A DNA stretch of 64,000 bases from Poseidonia sp. GTDB lineage: Archaea; Thermoplasmatota; Poseidoniia; Poseidoniales; Poseidoniaceae. Of this stretch, positions 27,201-35,817 are shown piece by piece (the stretch's first letter is position 1; each line of letters opens with the position of its first letter). The position numbers and the translations under genes were made by a program. The notes under the pieces are model-generated. The model saw only the letters and a program-made list of their open reading frames with translations, made no database searches and was not told where the DNA came from. Location: positions 5,910-69,909 of the forward strand of contig JAYPCE010000003.1 of the NCBI GenBank assembly GCA_038124565.1. The letters run 5' to 3'.

Positions 27201-28373
27201 GAAATCGGTGTTCCTTGGAAGACGCTTCTCGCCCTTGGCTATACCCACGACCACCGTGGCGAGGCTTTGAACGACGATGAGCAAGTTTTGGAATTGTTCC
27301 CTCAAGATTTTATCGTCGCCAAAGGGGCCGCTGATTTCCTGTTGCGAACATCCCAGTTTGTGGATGATTTGTTGGTTCGTTTTTACGGCATGAAACCATA
27401 TTACAACGCTGCAACAGCCGATGATTTGGTCGGCCATCTCATCTGCGCGCTTGCACCGCACACCAGCGGGGGGGTGCTGTCCAGAATTGTCGGTTGGGCC
27501 GACTGTTCGGGAGGCTATGCGCACCCGCTGTTCCATGCTGCCAAACGGCGGAATTGCGACGGAGATGAAGACGCCATCATGCTCCTGATGGACGGCCTGC
27601 TTAACTTCAGCCGTGACATTCTTCCAGCAAACCGAGGAGGTTTGATGGATGCTCCGTTGGTGTTGACCACCCGCCTCAACCCAACCGAGGTGGACAAAGA
27701 AGCGCTCAATGTCGATTCTGGGTGGTTTTATGGACGCGATTTCTACGAGGCTACGCTGGACCAACCCCATCCAAAAGAGATTCAGCATCGCATGGACTAT
27801 GTTGAACGCCGATTGGGAACCGTTGCGGCCGTTCGTGGATACGGATTCACACATGACTGCGAAGCCTTTGACCAAGGTCCGGCCTTATCTGCCTACAAAA
27901 CACTTGAAACGATGATTGACAAGATGAACGGCCAGTTGGCCGTGGGACAACGCCTTCGCGGCGTGAATGTTCGAGAAGTGGCCTCAAGTGTGGTACGCTC
28001 CCATTTCTTGCCCGACCTTCGTGGCAATCTCAATGCCTACGGACGGCAAAAAGTGAGGTGTCTCAAGTGCGGTCATTCCTACCGGAGAATGCCCGTTTCA
28101 GGGGTCTGTATTCAGGAGAAGAAAGAGATTGGCCGTGGCTCTCTCAAATCGATGGGCGTGGCGGCTTCCGAAGGTGGGTTGTGCGGCGGCAATTTGGCCC
28201 TGACCGTTTCGGAAGGGGCGGTTCGAAAATACATCGAAGTGATGCGTTATGTGATGGACCACTATGGTGTGGACCTGTACACGCGCCAAAACGCAGAATG
28301 GCTCGCCAACAGCGCAGATTCATTGTTCAATAACGACCGAGCGAAACAACTTTCCCTGACAGATTTCCTCTGA
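24252..28373 (+). CDS. polC: DNA polymerase II (PolD) large subunit DP2
   Basis: 1373 aa. Conserved DP2 blocks: N-terminal RxxGG region, catalytic double-psi beta-barrel region, C-terminal Zn fingers CTVCERSS…CHH and KCLKCGHSYRRMPVSGVC. No intein blocks noticed. Confidence 0.95.
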   Translation: MTGMREAPTSKHAVQSNPLLGLDVERLEHEMVRYHQWLDERTDEAYRLAEEARGLGLDHKMRVEIPRASDLAGRTEKLLIEHLDGYEVADDIRELLKENDRETTSIIIAQSVARGFRAKGYDLEKSIDVGLRVGLAVLTEAVLVAPLEGISEVRLLNNIDGSQFVSVHFAGPIRAAGGTAQALAVLIADMIRRELNVGHYQPTDPEVERVKEEFGLYRGNLQYRPSPPEIDEIVRACPVMINGESTERIECAGYGNVRNIDEARIRGGVLLVIGEGMCLKAPKIQKHTERLNLPGWEFITKFASRGKEKENKAGGVFTSRQIQPITKFMDDIIAGRPMFGGPLQPGGFRLRYGRARPSGLAAASTNTTSMLALDDFITIGTQMKIERPGKACAITPCDEAEGPWVILDDGAFLRIDHPRHYVPLRSRVKQVWDNGELVIGYGEFLENNKRLVPSGYCVDWWASDVLDSLTSQADLNDFLAILGDMHGPVPEGTPGMEPDECEDPNQQFWVRQAWHAWLRGLQLNWAQAQRTAERFGTSLPPPNNPWFKDLPIEWLPSVLDLLEQATIEAQGTTLHGENKGIEGAQPANASRQLRLTGAVKGWEARRMEELEPEVLQPHQDVKIPGTPHRPEPSVFQVTPVEGWALQLHGVAKAAMMLLGLPHVHDGDDLVVLAGWEAMLEGFGFAFEGEKPLRIKDAGKLTSQRLKALRDAKTLLDEERSRKAELERERATIRIAAETGARQRGLGIAETDKVGREAAASVIDEGPSAPEAYLAAQRLEDEHAVDGIMVLVRQLSDLRWEHSAPVRVGCRMGRPEKAAPRIMNPMAHSLFPIELNGGNQRLLNNAAEKHTIRVQLGKRTCTVCERSSPFLRCHHREQDAFGEGKQGEVCGGRTEATASDSTARRRGEIQTVRLDEMVEDARIRLGLDRLPAQVKCMKKLTSRDQTPEAIEKGILRARHELPVFRDGTVRYDMSDVPVTHFKPREIGVPWKTLLALGYTHDHRGEALNDDEQVLELFPQDFIVAKGAADFLLRTSQFVDDLLVRFYGMKPYYNAATADDLVGHLICALAPHTSGGVLSRIVGWADCSGGYAHPLFHAAKRRNCDGDEDAIMLLMDGLLNFSRDILPANRGGLMDAPLVLTTRLNPTEVDKEALNVDSGWFYGRDFYEATLDQPHPKEIQHRMDYVERRLGTVAAVRGYGFTHDCEAFDQGPALSAYKTLETMIDKMNGQLAVGQRLRGVNVREVASSVVRSHFLPDLRGNLNAYGRQKVRCLKCGHSYRRMPVSGVCIQEKKEIGRGSLKSMGVAASEGGLCGGNLALTVSEGAVRKYIEVMRYVMDHYGVDLYTRQNAEWLANSADSLFNNDRAKQLSLTDFL

Positions 28374-28991
28374 TCATCGCAGTGGGTCACGCCAAGGAGA
28401 ATCGCTTTCAGACCATGTCATGTCGTTCTCAGAGCCAAGCGTGGTGGCCTTGAACGGGACATGCGGTTTGACATCTGTGGCTTCTGCAGGTCGGCGTGAG
28501 GCGAGCCATCCACGAGCGATGTTTTCAGCGACAGCCACAACAACCAGCATTGTACTCAACACAAGGTGACCATGCATCCGAATGGTAGCAAATGGCTGGA
28601 GAGTTAGGGTTTGTTTCACCTCAACCCCGTCTTCAAGTTCGGTTACGATGGTGTAGGTGCCCGGTGTCAACTCATCCGACCACACGGGCACCTCATCGGT
28701 CAACAAGCCCGACCAAGAATGCACCACGGTGGCGTTGTTGTGCCAAACAGAATAGCTCACGTTGGCTTGGTCAACAACATTGCTCGTAAACTCGGTACTG
28801 ATGGTTGCAGGGATGGCATCCGTTGAACCGAACACCGAGGCGACCTCAAGTTCACGCACCGGCTCAAACCGTTCAACATCGTTGATTTCATTCGGTGCTC
28901 CTTGTTGAGAAACGTTGGCCCAAAGTACATTGATGAGCACCAAGGCCAACACCCAAAGGACGGGATTGAGCCATGAACGAACGCCGCTCAT
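28374..28991 (-). CDS. Small secreted/membrane-anchored protein of unknown function
   Basis: N-terminal hydrophobic signal/anchor MSGVRSWLNPVLWVLALVLINVLWA; good codon usage; no recognisable family. Confidence 0.5.
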   Translation of the reverse strand: MSGVRSWLNPVLWVLALVLINVLWANVSQQGAPNEINDVERFEPVRELEVASVFGSTDAIPATISTEFTSNVVDQANVSYSVWHNNATVVHSWSGLLTDEVPVWSDELTPGTYTIVTELEDGVEVKQTLTLQPFATIRMHGHLVLSTMLVVVAVAENIARGWLASRRPAEATDVKPHVPFKATTLGSENDMTWSESDSPWRDPLR

Positions 28992-29066
28992 AATCTGGAA
29001 GGACAGGTGTTTCTTCTTATGTCTGTGTTTTCACACGGTGCGCTACCGTGAGTTTTCTTGGGTACT

Positions 29067-29798
29067 CTACAAGTCTGAGCGTTTCTGCCAGAGCGGATGG
29101 ACGCCATCCAAAATGTTCGCCATCCAACGCAATTTTTCCAACTTCCGTGACGGATTGGTGGTACCAGACCATTGTCCAACTTCATCAACACGATAACCAA
29201 TCAGCGTTGTTTTTTCAAGTGGAACGCCCAACCAATGCAAGAAACACACGGCTCGGTCTCCGTCGGTAAATCCTCCCGGGTTAAACATCCCGTCGAAGTC
29301 TTCGTGGGTTTGATGGGTCAAGACAACAGGTGGTGCTTGATTCGTCCATTGAATCAACCATGAAGTCCACACCTGTTGGTTATCACCGTGCGCATGAAGC
29401 ACAAGTGGAACGCCACTCTTCGCTGCTGTGGCCAGATGCTCTCCTCCGTCCAAATCCGTCACCACGCACAAGGGTTCAACCAGGCCAAGGCAGGCTCCCA
29501 CGGCCCCATCGGCTGCAACAAATACCGTGTTTTTAGGCCACACCCCATCCACTTCATCGCGTGTGGCTGCAGCACCGACCAGCACCACCAGCGTGGCGTT
29601 CTCAAGACCATGTTTGATGTGAGTGAGGGTCGCTTCGCGCTGCTGCTTTGTCCATCGAAACGCCTGGCTCTTTGGATGCTCCTCGCATGCGGCAAGCAGG
29701 CCACGTGCACTTTGAACATCGGCATCGTAGGACCATCCAAAGTGCTCGCGAACACGGTCTTGAATGGCGATGGTTGCATCTACACGACCATCGCCCAT
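29067..29798 (-). CDS. DUF115/MptE-like protein (archaeal 6-hydroxymethyl-7,8-dihydropterin pyrophosphokinase-like)
   Basis: Motifs ATLVVLVGAAATRDE, VFVAADGAVGA, VVTDLDG, LHAHGDN match the MptE/DUF115 pattern; assignment by memory of the family signature. Confidence 0.5.
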   Translation of the reverse strand: MGDGRVDATIAIQDRVREHFGWSYDADVQSARGLLAACEEHPKSQAFRWTKQQREATLTHIKHGLENATLVVLVGAAATRDEVDGVWPKNTVFVAADGAVGACLGLVEPLCVVTDLDGGEHLATAAKSGVPLVLHAHGDNQQVWTSWLIQWTNQAPPVVLTHQTHEDFDGMFNPGGFTDGDRAVCFLHWLGVPLEKTTLIGYRVDEVGQWSGTTNPSRKLEKLRWMANILDGVHPLWQKRSDL

Positions 29799-29875
29799 GG
29801 TCGGGACGAAGCGGGAAGGGGTGATGAACCCAACCGAGGTTGAACTTCATAATCCGTGGCGGCCATCGCTCAGTC

Positions 29876-31093
29876 ATGCCCGTCCCAACGACTCCACCAG
29901 AGGTGAGGGACGAAGTGGTGTTGGCGCGCTACCCGTTCCTACCTCAGGCGTCGGTGTGGATTCGTGAGATGGCATCTCGACATGCGATTGACTTGAGCGA
30001 ATTGTTGGACGGGTCGTTGATGGAAAGAGCGAGGCAACGTGCCCGAATACGCTTAATCGATTCTATCCAATCCAAAGAAGGTGTACAAGTCATCGGCGGA
30101 GACGTTCACACAGAAGAGGGTCGGTTGATTGAGGCTTTTTCGTTTTATTATGCACGCCTGGTAATGTGTGCCAGCGAAGACGAGCGTCTCATCGCACGGT
30201 GGGCACAAGCAGAGGCGGCTCGTGCCGAACAACTCCTCATTCAGGACGCCGGCAATCTCCACACCATCGCTCAAACCTACATCGGCCGTGTTGAACTTCT
30301 TGGTCCATCAACCATGCCCGCCCAGCGTGTTGCCTCAGCCGGCCTGCGGGAATTGCGGCAACAAACATCCTCGCAATGGCGTGTTGGTTTGGCTGATTTT
30401 ATCGAGATTTGTCCTCGGATCACGGGTTCCAGATGGCGGCTACCCAATGTCGATGTGGAAGCAGGATGGGTCAAACTTCACGATGAACGGCAATACGCTT
30501 CCTCGGCAAAACTGGCTCGTTTGCTACGCGAACGCATCAAATCAAGCATCGAAGCGGAGGCCTTGGAAAAGATGGCCGAAGTCACCACAGATTTGGCCGT
30601 TCGTTTAGCCGAACCCGTGGGCATGGTGCGGAATCTCATGGCCAACAAAGCCAGTGAAGCCATCGCCTTGGTCGGCGCCGAGGAAAGCGATTGGCCTCCT
30701 TGCATGCAGAAGATCATCGCCGACTTGGCAGGAGGCGTCAACGTCAACCATTTCGGCCGTTTGTTCTTGGCGTCCATGGCGGCGACCCTTGCCCTACCGC
30801 AAGAATCCTGTGTCAGTTTCTTCCGAGGCGCACCAGACTTCAGTGAGGCCACAACAACCTATCAGGTTCAGCATGTCTACCAGCACGAATACACGCCGGC
30901 CGGTTGTGCGAAGCTGAAGGTCAATCACAACTGTCCTGTTCTTCCAGGTGATAACCGTACTTGCGATCAGTCTTGGATGGACCACCCGCTCAAGTACATC
31001 CGAGCAACCCAACGATGGCGGCGACTCACCGACACCCCCTCAACCTCGGAAGGCGACGCCCCACCTTCAGAATCCCCACCTTCAGATTCATGA
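29876..31093 (+). CDS. priL: DNA primase large subunit PriL (ORF track uses TTG at 29840; ATG 29876 preferred)
   Basis: N-terminal ARYPFL motif and helical domain. C-terminal Fe-S domain with 4 Cys (…CMQKIIADLAGG…CVSF…CAKLKVNHNCP…). Confidence 0.75.
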   Translation: MPVPTTPPEVRDEVVLARYPFLPQASVWIREMASRHAIDLSELLDGSLMERARQRARIRLIDSIQSKEGVQVIGGDVHTEEGRLIEAFSFYYARLVMCASEDERLIARWAQAEAARAEQLLIQDAGNLHTIAQTYIGRVELLGPSTMPAQRVASAGLRELRQQTSSQWRVGLADFIEICPRITGSRWRLPNVDVEAGWVKLHDERQYASSAKLARLLRERIKSSIEAEALEKMAEVTTDLAVRLAEPVGMVRNLMANKASEAIALVGAEESDWPPCMQKIIADLAGGVNVNHFGRLFLASMAATLALPQESCVSFFRGAPDFSEATTTYQVQHVYQHEYTPAGCAKLKVNHNCPVLPGDNRTCDQSWMDHPLKYIRATQRWRRLTDTPSTSEGDAPPSESPPSDS

Positions 31094-31177
31094 CGGGGAT
31101 GCGAATAAAAACAACAGCGGGCTCTTTTACGCATGGGCAATGGTGACCTCCCGCCTCAAGGTCAACCTCTCCCCGTG

Positions 31178-32731
31178 ATGTATCGGTTGATTCGTGCCTT
31201 CTTCAGGTTCCTGACCGGTGTATGGTTTCGAGAAGTTCACCTCGTGGATGATGAGTACTTGGACAATGAGGGCGGTATCCTGTTTGTCTCATGGCATCCC
31301 AACGGGCTCATTGACCCCATGTTGATGACAGCACGCCTCCCAGGGAAAATATCAACGTTGGTGAAGCATCAAGTGTTCAGCCTACCTTTGCTTGGTTGGA
31401 TGTTTCGGATGGCGGGCGTCATTCCAATCGGTAGTGTGCCGAAACAGGCGGTACGTTTGGGATTGGCCAAATCGGACGCCACCATCTTGAATTCCATGGC
31501 TGATTCGTTGGCCAAAGGAGGCAAGGTGCTGGTCTTTCCCGAAGAATCAACGCACGGTGAGGCGACGGTGCAGAAGGTCCGCTCTGGCCCGGCACGCATG
31601 CTTCTCGAGGCTTTCCGATTGGCTGAAGTGAACGGTTGGCCTCGCCCACGCGTTGTTCCAGTTGGGCTGCATTATTCAGCAACGAGTCGGTTTCGCGAGC
31701 GCGCCGCCATCGTGTTAGAACGGCCCATGGCTCTCCCTGCGGCCCCCAAAGCGAGTTCAGACCCTTCGTCACCCAGCGATGCTGAAATGGCTTGGATTGC
31801 AGAGGTCACGGCAGCGATTGAAGGTGAGTTGAAGCGGGCGAACTTGGCCAAAGCTTCGTGGCGAGAACGCACGTTGATTTGGAAAGGGCGTGGCTTGGTG
31901 CAAGCCGAGAAGCAACGACAATCCGGTCAAGCCCTGACTCGGTCCACCTATGCTGAATCGATTCTCGCCGCTCGTCGTTTGCGAGCAGGTTGGGAGTTTA
32001 TGTTGCAGGAGGAGAAAGAGGTTGCAGATGCGCTGGCAGGTGCGTGTGAAGACCACTTTGAGCGGCTAGAATCGCTGAATATCAGCCCACATGATGTGGA
32101 TGCACGACCGCCTGAGTTGACCATCCTAGGCTTCGCTCGTGTGTTTGCCTCATGGTGTTGGGCCGTGGTGTGGATGTTTGGCTTGGTCACCTGGGGAGCC
32201 ATGATTGGTAATTATCTCCCCTACAAATTCCAAGGGTTGCTAGAGAGAATCACCCGGCGCTTGAAGACCAACGATTCCTTTCAAGGAAGCATCAAGGTCC
32301 TGTCATCCGTGGTGGTCTTTCCCCTGTGGTGGGCGTTCTTATCCACCCTGTTGGTGTGGTTTCTCCTCGACAACACCAGCCCGGTGTATTCGGCGATGGC
32401 ATCGCACACTATACTGACGCACGTCACACAGCTTCCTGCAGTTGGAATCTTCGTGTTCTTTATGCTTTTTTGGCCATTGACGGCAAGGGCACACCTCAAC
32501 CTCTACGCACGTTTGGTTCGCAGCACTCGGCGCTTTGTTCAATGGAGGGCGTGGAATGACACCACCAAGAATTGGGATGAACTCATCTCCAACCAGCAGA
32601 CGCTTGCCACCCAATTGGTGAAATTGGGTGCAGGATTGGTTTTGCCTGGAGATCCAGACTGGGTTGACCCACCGTCGGGTAGCGATGATGTCGTGATGGT
32701 GCGTCGTCGTGAACCTTCTTTGGCTCAATGA
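31178..32731 (+). CDS. Lysophospholipid/glycerol-phosphate acyltransferase (PlsC family) with C-terminal polytopic membrane domain
   Basis: HX4D catalytic motif VSWHPNGLIDPML, second acyltransferase block FPEEST(H)G, ~4 C-terminal TM helices. Confidence 0.75.
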   Translation: MYRLIRAFFRFLTGVWFREVHLVDDEYLDNEGGILFVSWHPNGLIDPMLMTARLPGKISTLVKHQVFSLPLLGWMFRMAGVIPIGSVPKQAVRLGLAKSDATILNSMADSLAKGGKVLVFPEESTHGEATVQKVRSGPARMLLEAFRLAEVNGWPRPRVVPVGLHYSATSRFRERAAIVLERPMALPAAPKASSDPSSPSDAEMAWIAEVTAAIEGELKRANLAKASWRERTLIWKGRGLVQAEKQRQSGQALTRSTYAESILAARRLRAGWEFMLQEEKEVADALAGACEDHFERLESLNISPHDVDARPPELTILGFARVFASWCWAVVWMFGLVTWGAMIGNYLPYKFQGLLERITRRLKTNDSFQGSIKVLSSVVVFPLWWAFLSTLLVWFLLDNTSPVYSAMASHTILTHVTQLPAVGIFVFFMLFWPLTARAHLNLYARLVRSTRRFVQWRAWNDTTKNWDELISNQQTLATQLVKLGAGLVLPGDPDWVDPPSGSDDVVMVRRREPSLAQ

Positions 32732-32807
32732 GGTGAGCGAGGGGGCATTCTTCACAAGGGTTTGAATGAAAGGAGGTCGGTGGCCCTTCCAAGGAGGGGG
32801 ATTGCAG

Positions 32808-33929
32808 ATGACGCGAACGTTGGTACTCACGGTGGACCGAGACAATGACCTCGGCATCAAAACCTCCATTCGTGGACCCGTTGTTGGGAGACGAAATGTC
32901 TTGACGGCGGCACTCAAACTCGGCATTGCCGACCCAGAGGAGAGCGATACCAATGCGATTCTCGGCGCGCTGGCTCAAAACGACCACTTGGTTGAGGCGA
33001 AGGCTGAGGAAGACGAGGTAGAGATTGCCATTTTGACGGGCGATGAAAAAGTCGGCGTACGTTCAGACCGAGCGATTGCAGCCCAACTCGAGGAAGTTGT
33101 CTCCGCCTTCCAACCCGACCAAGCCATCTTGGTCACCGATGGTGCAGAAGACGAAAGTGTGCTCCCCATCATCACCTCTCAAGTTCGCATTGACCACATT
33201 GAAAAGGTCATTGTACGTCAATCAAAAGGCATTGAGGGAACGTACTATTACATCGTCAAAGCCCTTGAAGACCCGAAGTGGCGAGCAAAATTCATGATTC
33301 CACTCGGGGCTGTGATGGCTATTTTGGGATTGGGAATCATGCTGCCCAACGAAATTGGCGGTGTTGTCATCGGCGCCCTGCCGCTGGTGTTGGGACTGTA
33401 CATTTTCAGCAAGGGGGCGGGCATTGAATCAACGGTCAATCGCGTGATTCAGGAGATGCGTGAAAACGCCGATGCGGCCATGTTCTCTTCTTTGCTTTGG
33501 ACGGCAACGTTGTTCAGCGCCATCTTTGCAGTCGCAGAGGGTTGGCGGGCGTTCGGCGTTCTAGACGGCACGGCGAACACGCAGTCGGTGTTGTGGTTGA
33601 GCGTCATTCATTCTTCACTTGCATGGACCGTGATTGCCTTCCTCACATCGACCGCCGGCTTCATGCTCCTTCGTTTGAAGCGGGGGTCATTTTCGGGCAG
33701 CCTTATCGTCTTGAGCGTGTTCGGCATGGTGGTCTATTCCTTCCTCAATGCGGCGCTTGATATTGCCATCCGTGTACTCAATGGGACCTCATACGAATTC
33801 AGTGTTGAGATGATTCTGAACGATTTGACCACCCCGTTGATTTGGGTTGTTGTCCTGTGGATGGTGACCACCGTCGTTCGAACCTTGCAAGCCAAGCAAG
33901 CTCAGGCTGACCGGTATTGGGGCATCTGA
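32808..33929 (+). CDS. DUF373-family archaeal membrane protein (ORF track start 32766; ATG 32808 with SD GGAGG 8 nt upstream preferred)
   Basis: N-terminal soluble region MTRTLVLTVDRDNDLG…AILGA…ILTGD typical of COG2237/DUF373, followed by 6-7 TM helices. Confidence 0.6.
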   Translation: MTRTLVLTVDRDNDLGIKTSIRGPVVGRRNVLTAALKLGIADPEESDTNAILGALAQNDHLVEAKAEEDEVEIAILTGDEKVGVRSDRAIAAQLEEVVSAFQPDQAILVTDGAEDESVLPIITSQVRIDHIEKVIVRQSKGIEGTYYYIVKALEDPKWRAKFMIPLGAVMAILGLGIMLPNEIGGVVIGALPLVLGLYIFSKGAGIESTVNRVIQEMRENADAAMFSSLLWTATLFSAIFAVAEGWRAFGVLDGTANTQSVLWLSVIHSSLAWTVIAFLTSTAGFMLLRLKRGSFSGSLIVLSVFGMVVYSFLNAALDIAIRVLNGTSYEFSVEMILNDLTTPLIWVVVLWMVTTVVRTLQAKQAQADRYWGI

Positions 33930-34463
33930 TCACAGAATGAACCGGGGCAGAACTCTGGCGAGGGTGTTGTGCCCCACCACCCCAACCAAGACACCTTCAT
34001 CGTCAACAACGCCGAGTTGATTCAAGTCATGCGTGAGCATCAACGCACCGGCTTTCAGGAGGGGCGTGGTGGTCCGAACCGTGAGGGGAGGATTGGTGAG
34101 CACCTGTTGAGCGGGAATGGAATGCATCCATGCAACGTCTCGGTTGACGGCCTTTCGGCTCACCATCTTCAACAAGTCAACGGCGTGGATGCGTCCCAAC
34201 GGGACCCCTTCATCATCAACGATGAACAGATGGTCCCAGTTGTTTTTGGTCAAGACCTCAAGCACATGGAACATAGAATCACTCGCCAGCAGCGCATGCG
34301 CATGCTGCATGACTTGACCACACGCGACTTGGCGTGCGGCTCGCGAACCTTCGTTTGTTTTCGCTGCTTTTCGTTGAAACGGACGGGTTGCCATGGTATC
34401 TTCAAAGGCTGGCCGTCCGGCGACCTCTTTTGAACCCTTCCGCATCCCGAACATCAGTTTCAC
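33930..34463 (-). CDS. CBS-domain pair protein (start uncertain, possibly ~34310)
   Basis: Two CBS motifs (…HLFIVDDEGVPLGRIHAVDLLK… and …LNQLGVVDDEGVLVGVVGHNTLARVL). Confidence 0.75.
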   Translation of the reverse strand: MKLMFGMRKGSKEVAGRPAFEDTMATRPFQRKAAKTNEGSRAARQVACGQVMQHAHALLASDSMFHVLEVLTKNNWDHLFIVDDEGVPLGRIHAVDLLKMVSRKAVNRDVAWMHSIPAQQVLTNPPLTVRTTTPLLKAGALMLTHDLNQLGVVDDEGVLVGVVGHNTLARVLPRFIL

Positions 34464-34540
34464 AAATCCGGAAAATCTGAGGCTACGCCACTGATGCGCT
34501 GTTCCTCAACAAATATAGCGAGACGCCGCATGGTCAAGCC

Positions 34541-34963
34541 ATGAGCCCCGTTCCGGAGAACGAGCTTCTGGCCTTGCGCTCGCTGGATGGGTACGACCAA
34601 ATGCTGGAAATCGACCGTTTATGTCGAGTGTACAACACCGATGAGCCGACCATACGAGCAGCGTTGGCTCAACTCACGACGTCAACAACGGCCCCGGCAG
34701 CATCGACGTCCATGGATTGGGACACATCTTACAAGGACACGCCCGACCTGCAACAAGCAACGGGTCCGTCAGCACCAACGGTCGTTGACAAAGGGCAATT
34801 CCGGTTTGAATACGACCCAACACGAGAAGCCGCAGCCCGGCGCGAGCAGGTGAATCAAGCCATCCTCTGCTCGGCCTGCGGTGTCGCCCTTGGCATTCCC
34901 GATGTTCGCCCTATCAAGGTCACCTGCCCTTCGTGCCTGTTTGAAGCGACCTATACCCATTGA
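34541..34963 (+). CDS. Hypothetical protein with C-terminal zinc-ribbon
   Basis: CSACG…(16)…CPSC four-Cys ribbon at C-terminus; N-terminal region unique. Confidence 0.5.
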   Translation: MSPVPENELLALRSLDGYDQMLEIDRLCRVYNTDEPTIRAALAQLTTSTTAPAASTSMDWDTSYKDTPDLQQATGPSAPTVVDKGQFRFEYDPTREAAARREQVNQAILCSACGVALGIPDVRPIKVTCPSCLFEATYTH

Positions 34964-35001
34964 TGGGGAGGTTGATGAACGGGAGACGATAGGGGGCATG
35001 C

Positions 35002-35817
35002 ATGGACGGCACCTCACCGAGGCTTTGGCCGTATTCGGCGAACAATTCACCGCTCCCTATTCCAAGTCAACCCGTACTTTACACCCCACGGGCTGTCATC
35101 GACCTCCATTTTGATGGCGATGCCGCAGCAGCGGATCTGGACATGGGCAAGGACGCTGTGTTGGCCTATGCTGAGCATTACCGCACAAACGAAAGCACGC
35201 TTGCGAGCCTGCTAAAATCGGAAGGAGCACCTCCGCTGAGCGAACGTCGTCCCATTTTGCTTCAGGGTGAACTTGCCAATCCATACCGCTTGCAGGAGAT
35301 GGGCATGGATGCACTGCCGCTGTTACCGGTCCGACTTGAGGGGATTTGTCGCACATGGGCGGACAGTTTGGACCCAAGGGACGCCTACCCAGGTGTCCAT
35401 CATGTGACGCTCGCACGCACGCCTGGATGGTGGGAAATGTCGGTGCTTGGCTTGGCGAGCAAAGAACAACTCAAGCACATTCGTGACTGGCTGGACAACG
35501 GAGTGCCCCATGCTTGGAAACCGGTCAAACTCGCCGAAGGCTGTGTACGCTTTGAGCATGAAACGGTCATGCCACCCGACCAAAACGAAGTGGAATGGGA
35601 TGGAACCCATGAACGCGTGTCCCGTCCGATGCCAGCGCCAACGGGACCAAACCTTCTCTTGGACGACCTCTTGGTGGTGGTCCATACCCGTCATGGTTGT
35701 TACAACCACCGTGGAAGAATCGCCCGATGCGTTCACATGCAGCAGCGGGCTTTCCATGAACAATTATTTCGCAAAGGCTCTTCACATCGATGGAACGATG
35801 TTCTCACGGTGAACTAG
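35002..35817 (+). CDS. Hypothetical protein
   Basis: Coding-like codon usage over 271 codons; no recognisable motifs; start uncertain. Confidence 0.4.
   Translation: MDGTSPRLWPYSANNSPLPIPSQPVLYTPRAVIDLHFDGDAAAADLDMGKDAVLAYAEHYRTNESTLASLLKSEGAPPLSERRPILLQGELANPYRLQEMGMDALPLLPVRLEGICRTWADSLDPRDAYPGVHHVTLARTPGWWEMSVLGLASKEQLKHIRDWLDNGVPHAWKPVKLAEGCVRFEHETVMPPDQNEVEWDGTHERVSRPMPAPTGPNLLLDDLLVVVHTRHGCYNHRGRIARCVHMQQRAFHEQLFRKGSSHRWNDVLTVN

Noticed and set aside
25611-27875. Minus-strand ORFs 25611..26906 (431 aa) and 26949..27875 (308 aa) inside the DP2 gene
   Set aside because: DP2 on the plus strand is continuous and conserved over its whole length; antisense ORFs are a GC-bias artefact.
24252-28373. 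Possible intein in the 1373-aa DP2
   Set aside because: No intein N-terminal (C/S-h-x-x-D-T/S) or C-terminal (H-N-C/S/T) splice blocks or homing-endonuclease motifs seen; length is within the range of intein-free large DP2 proteins.
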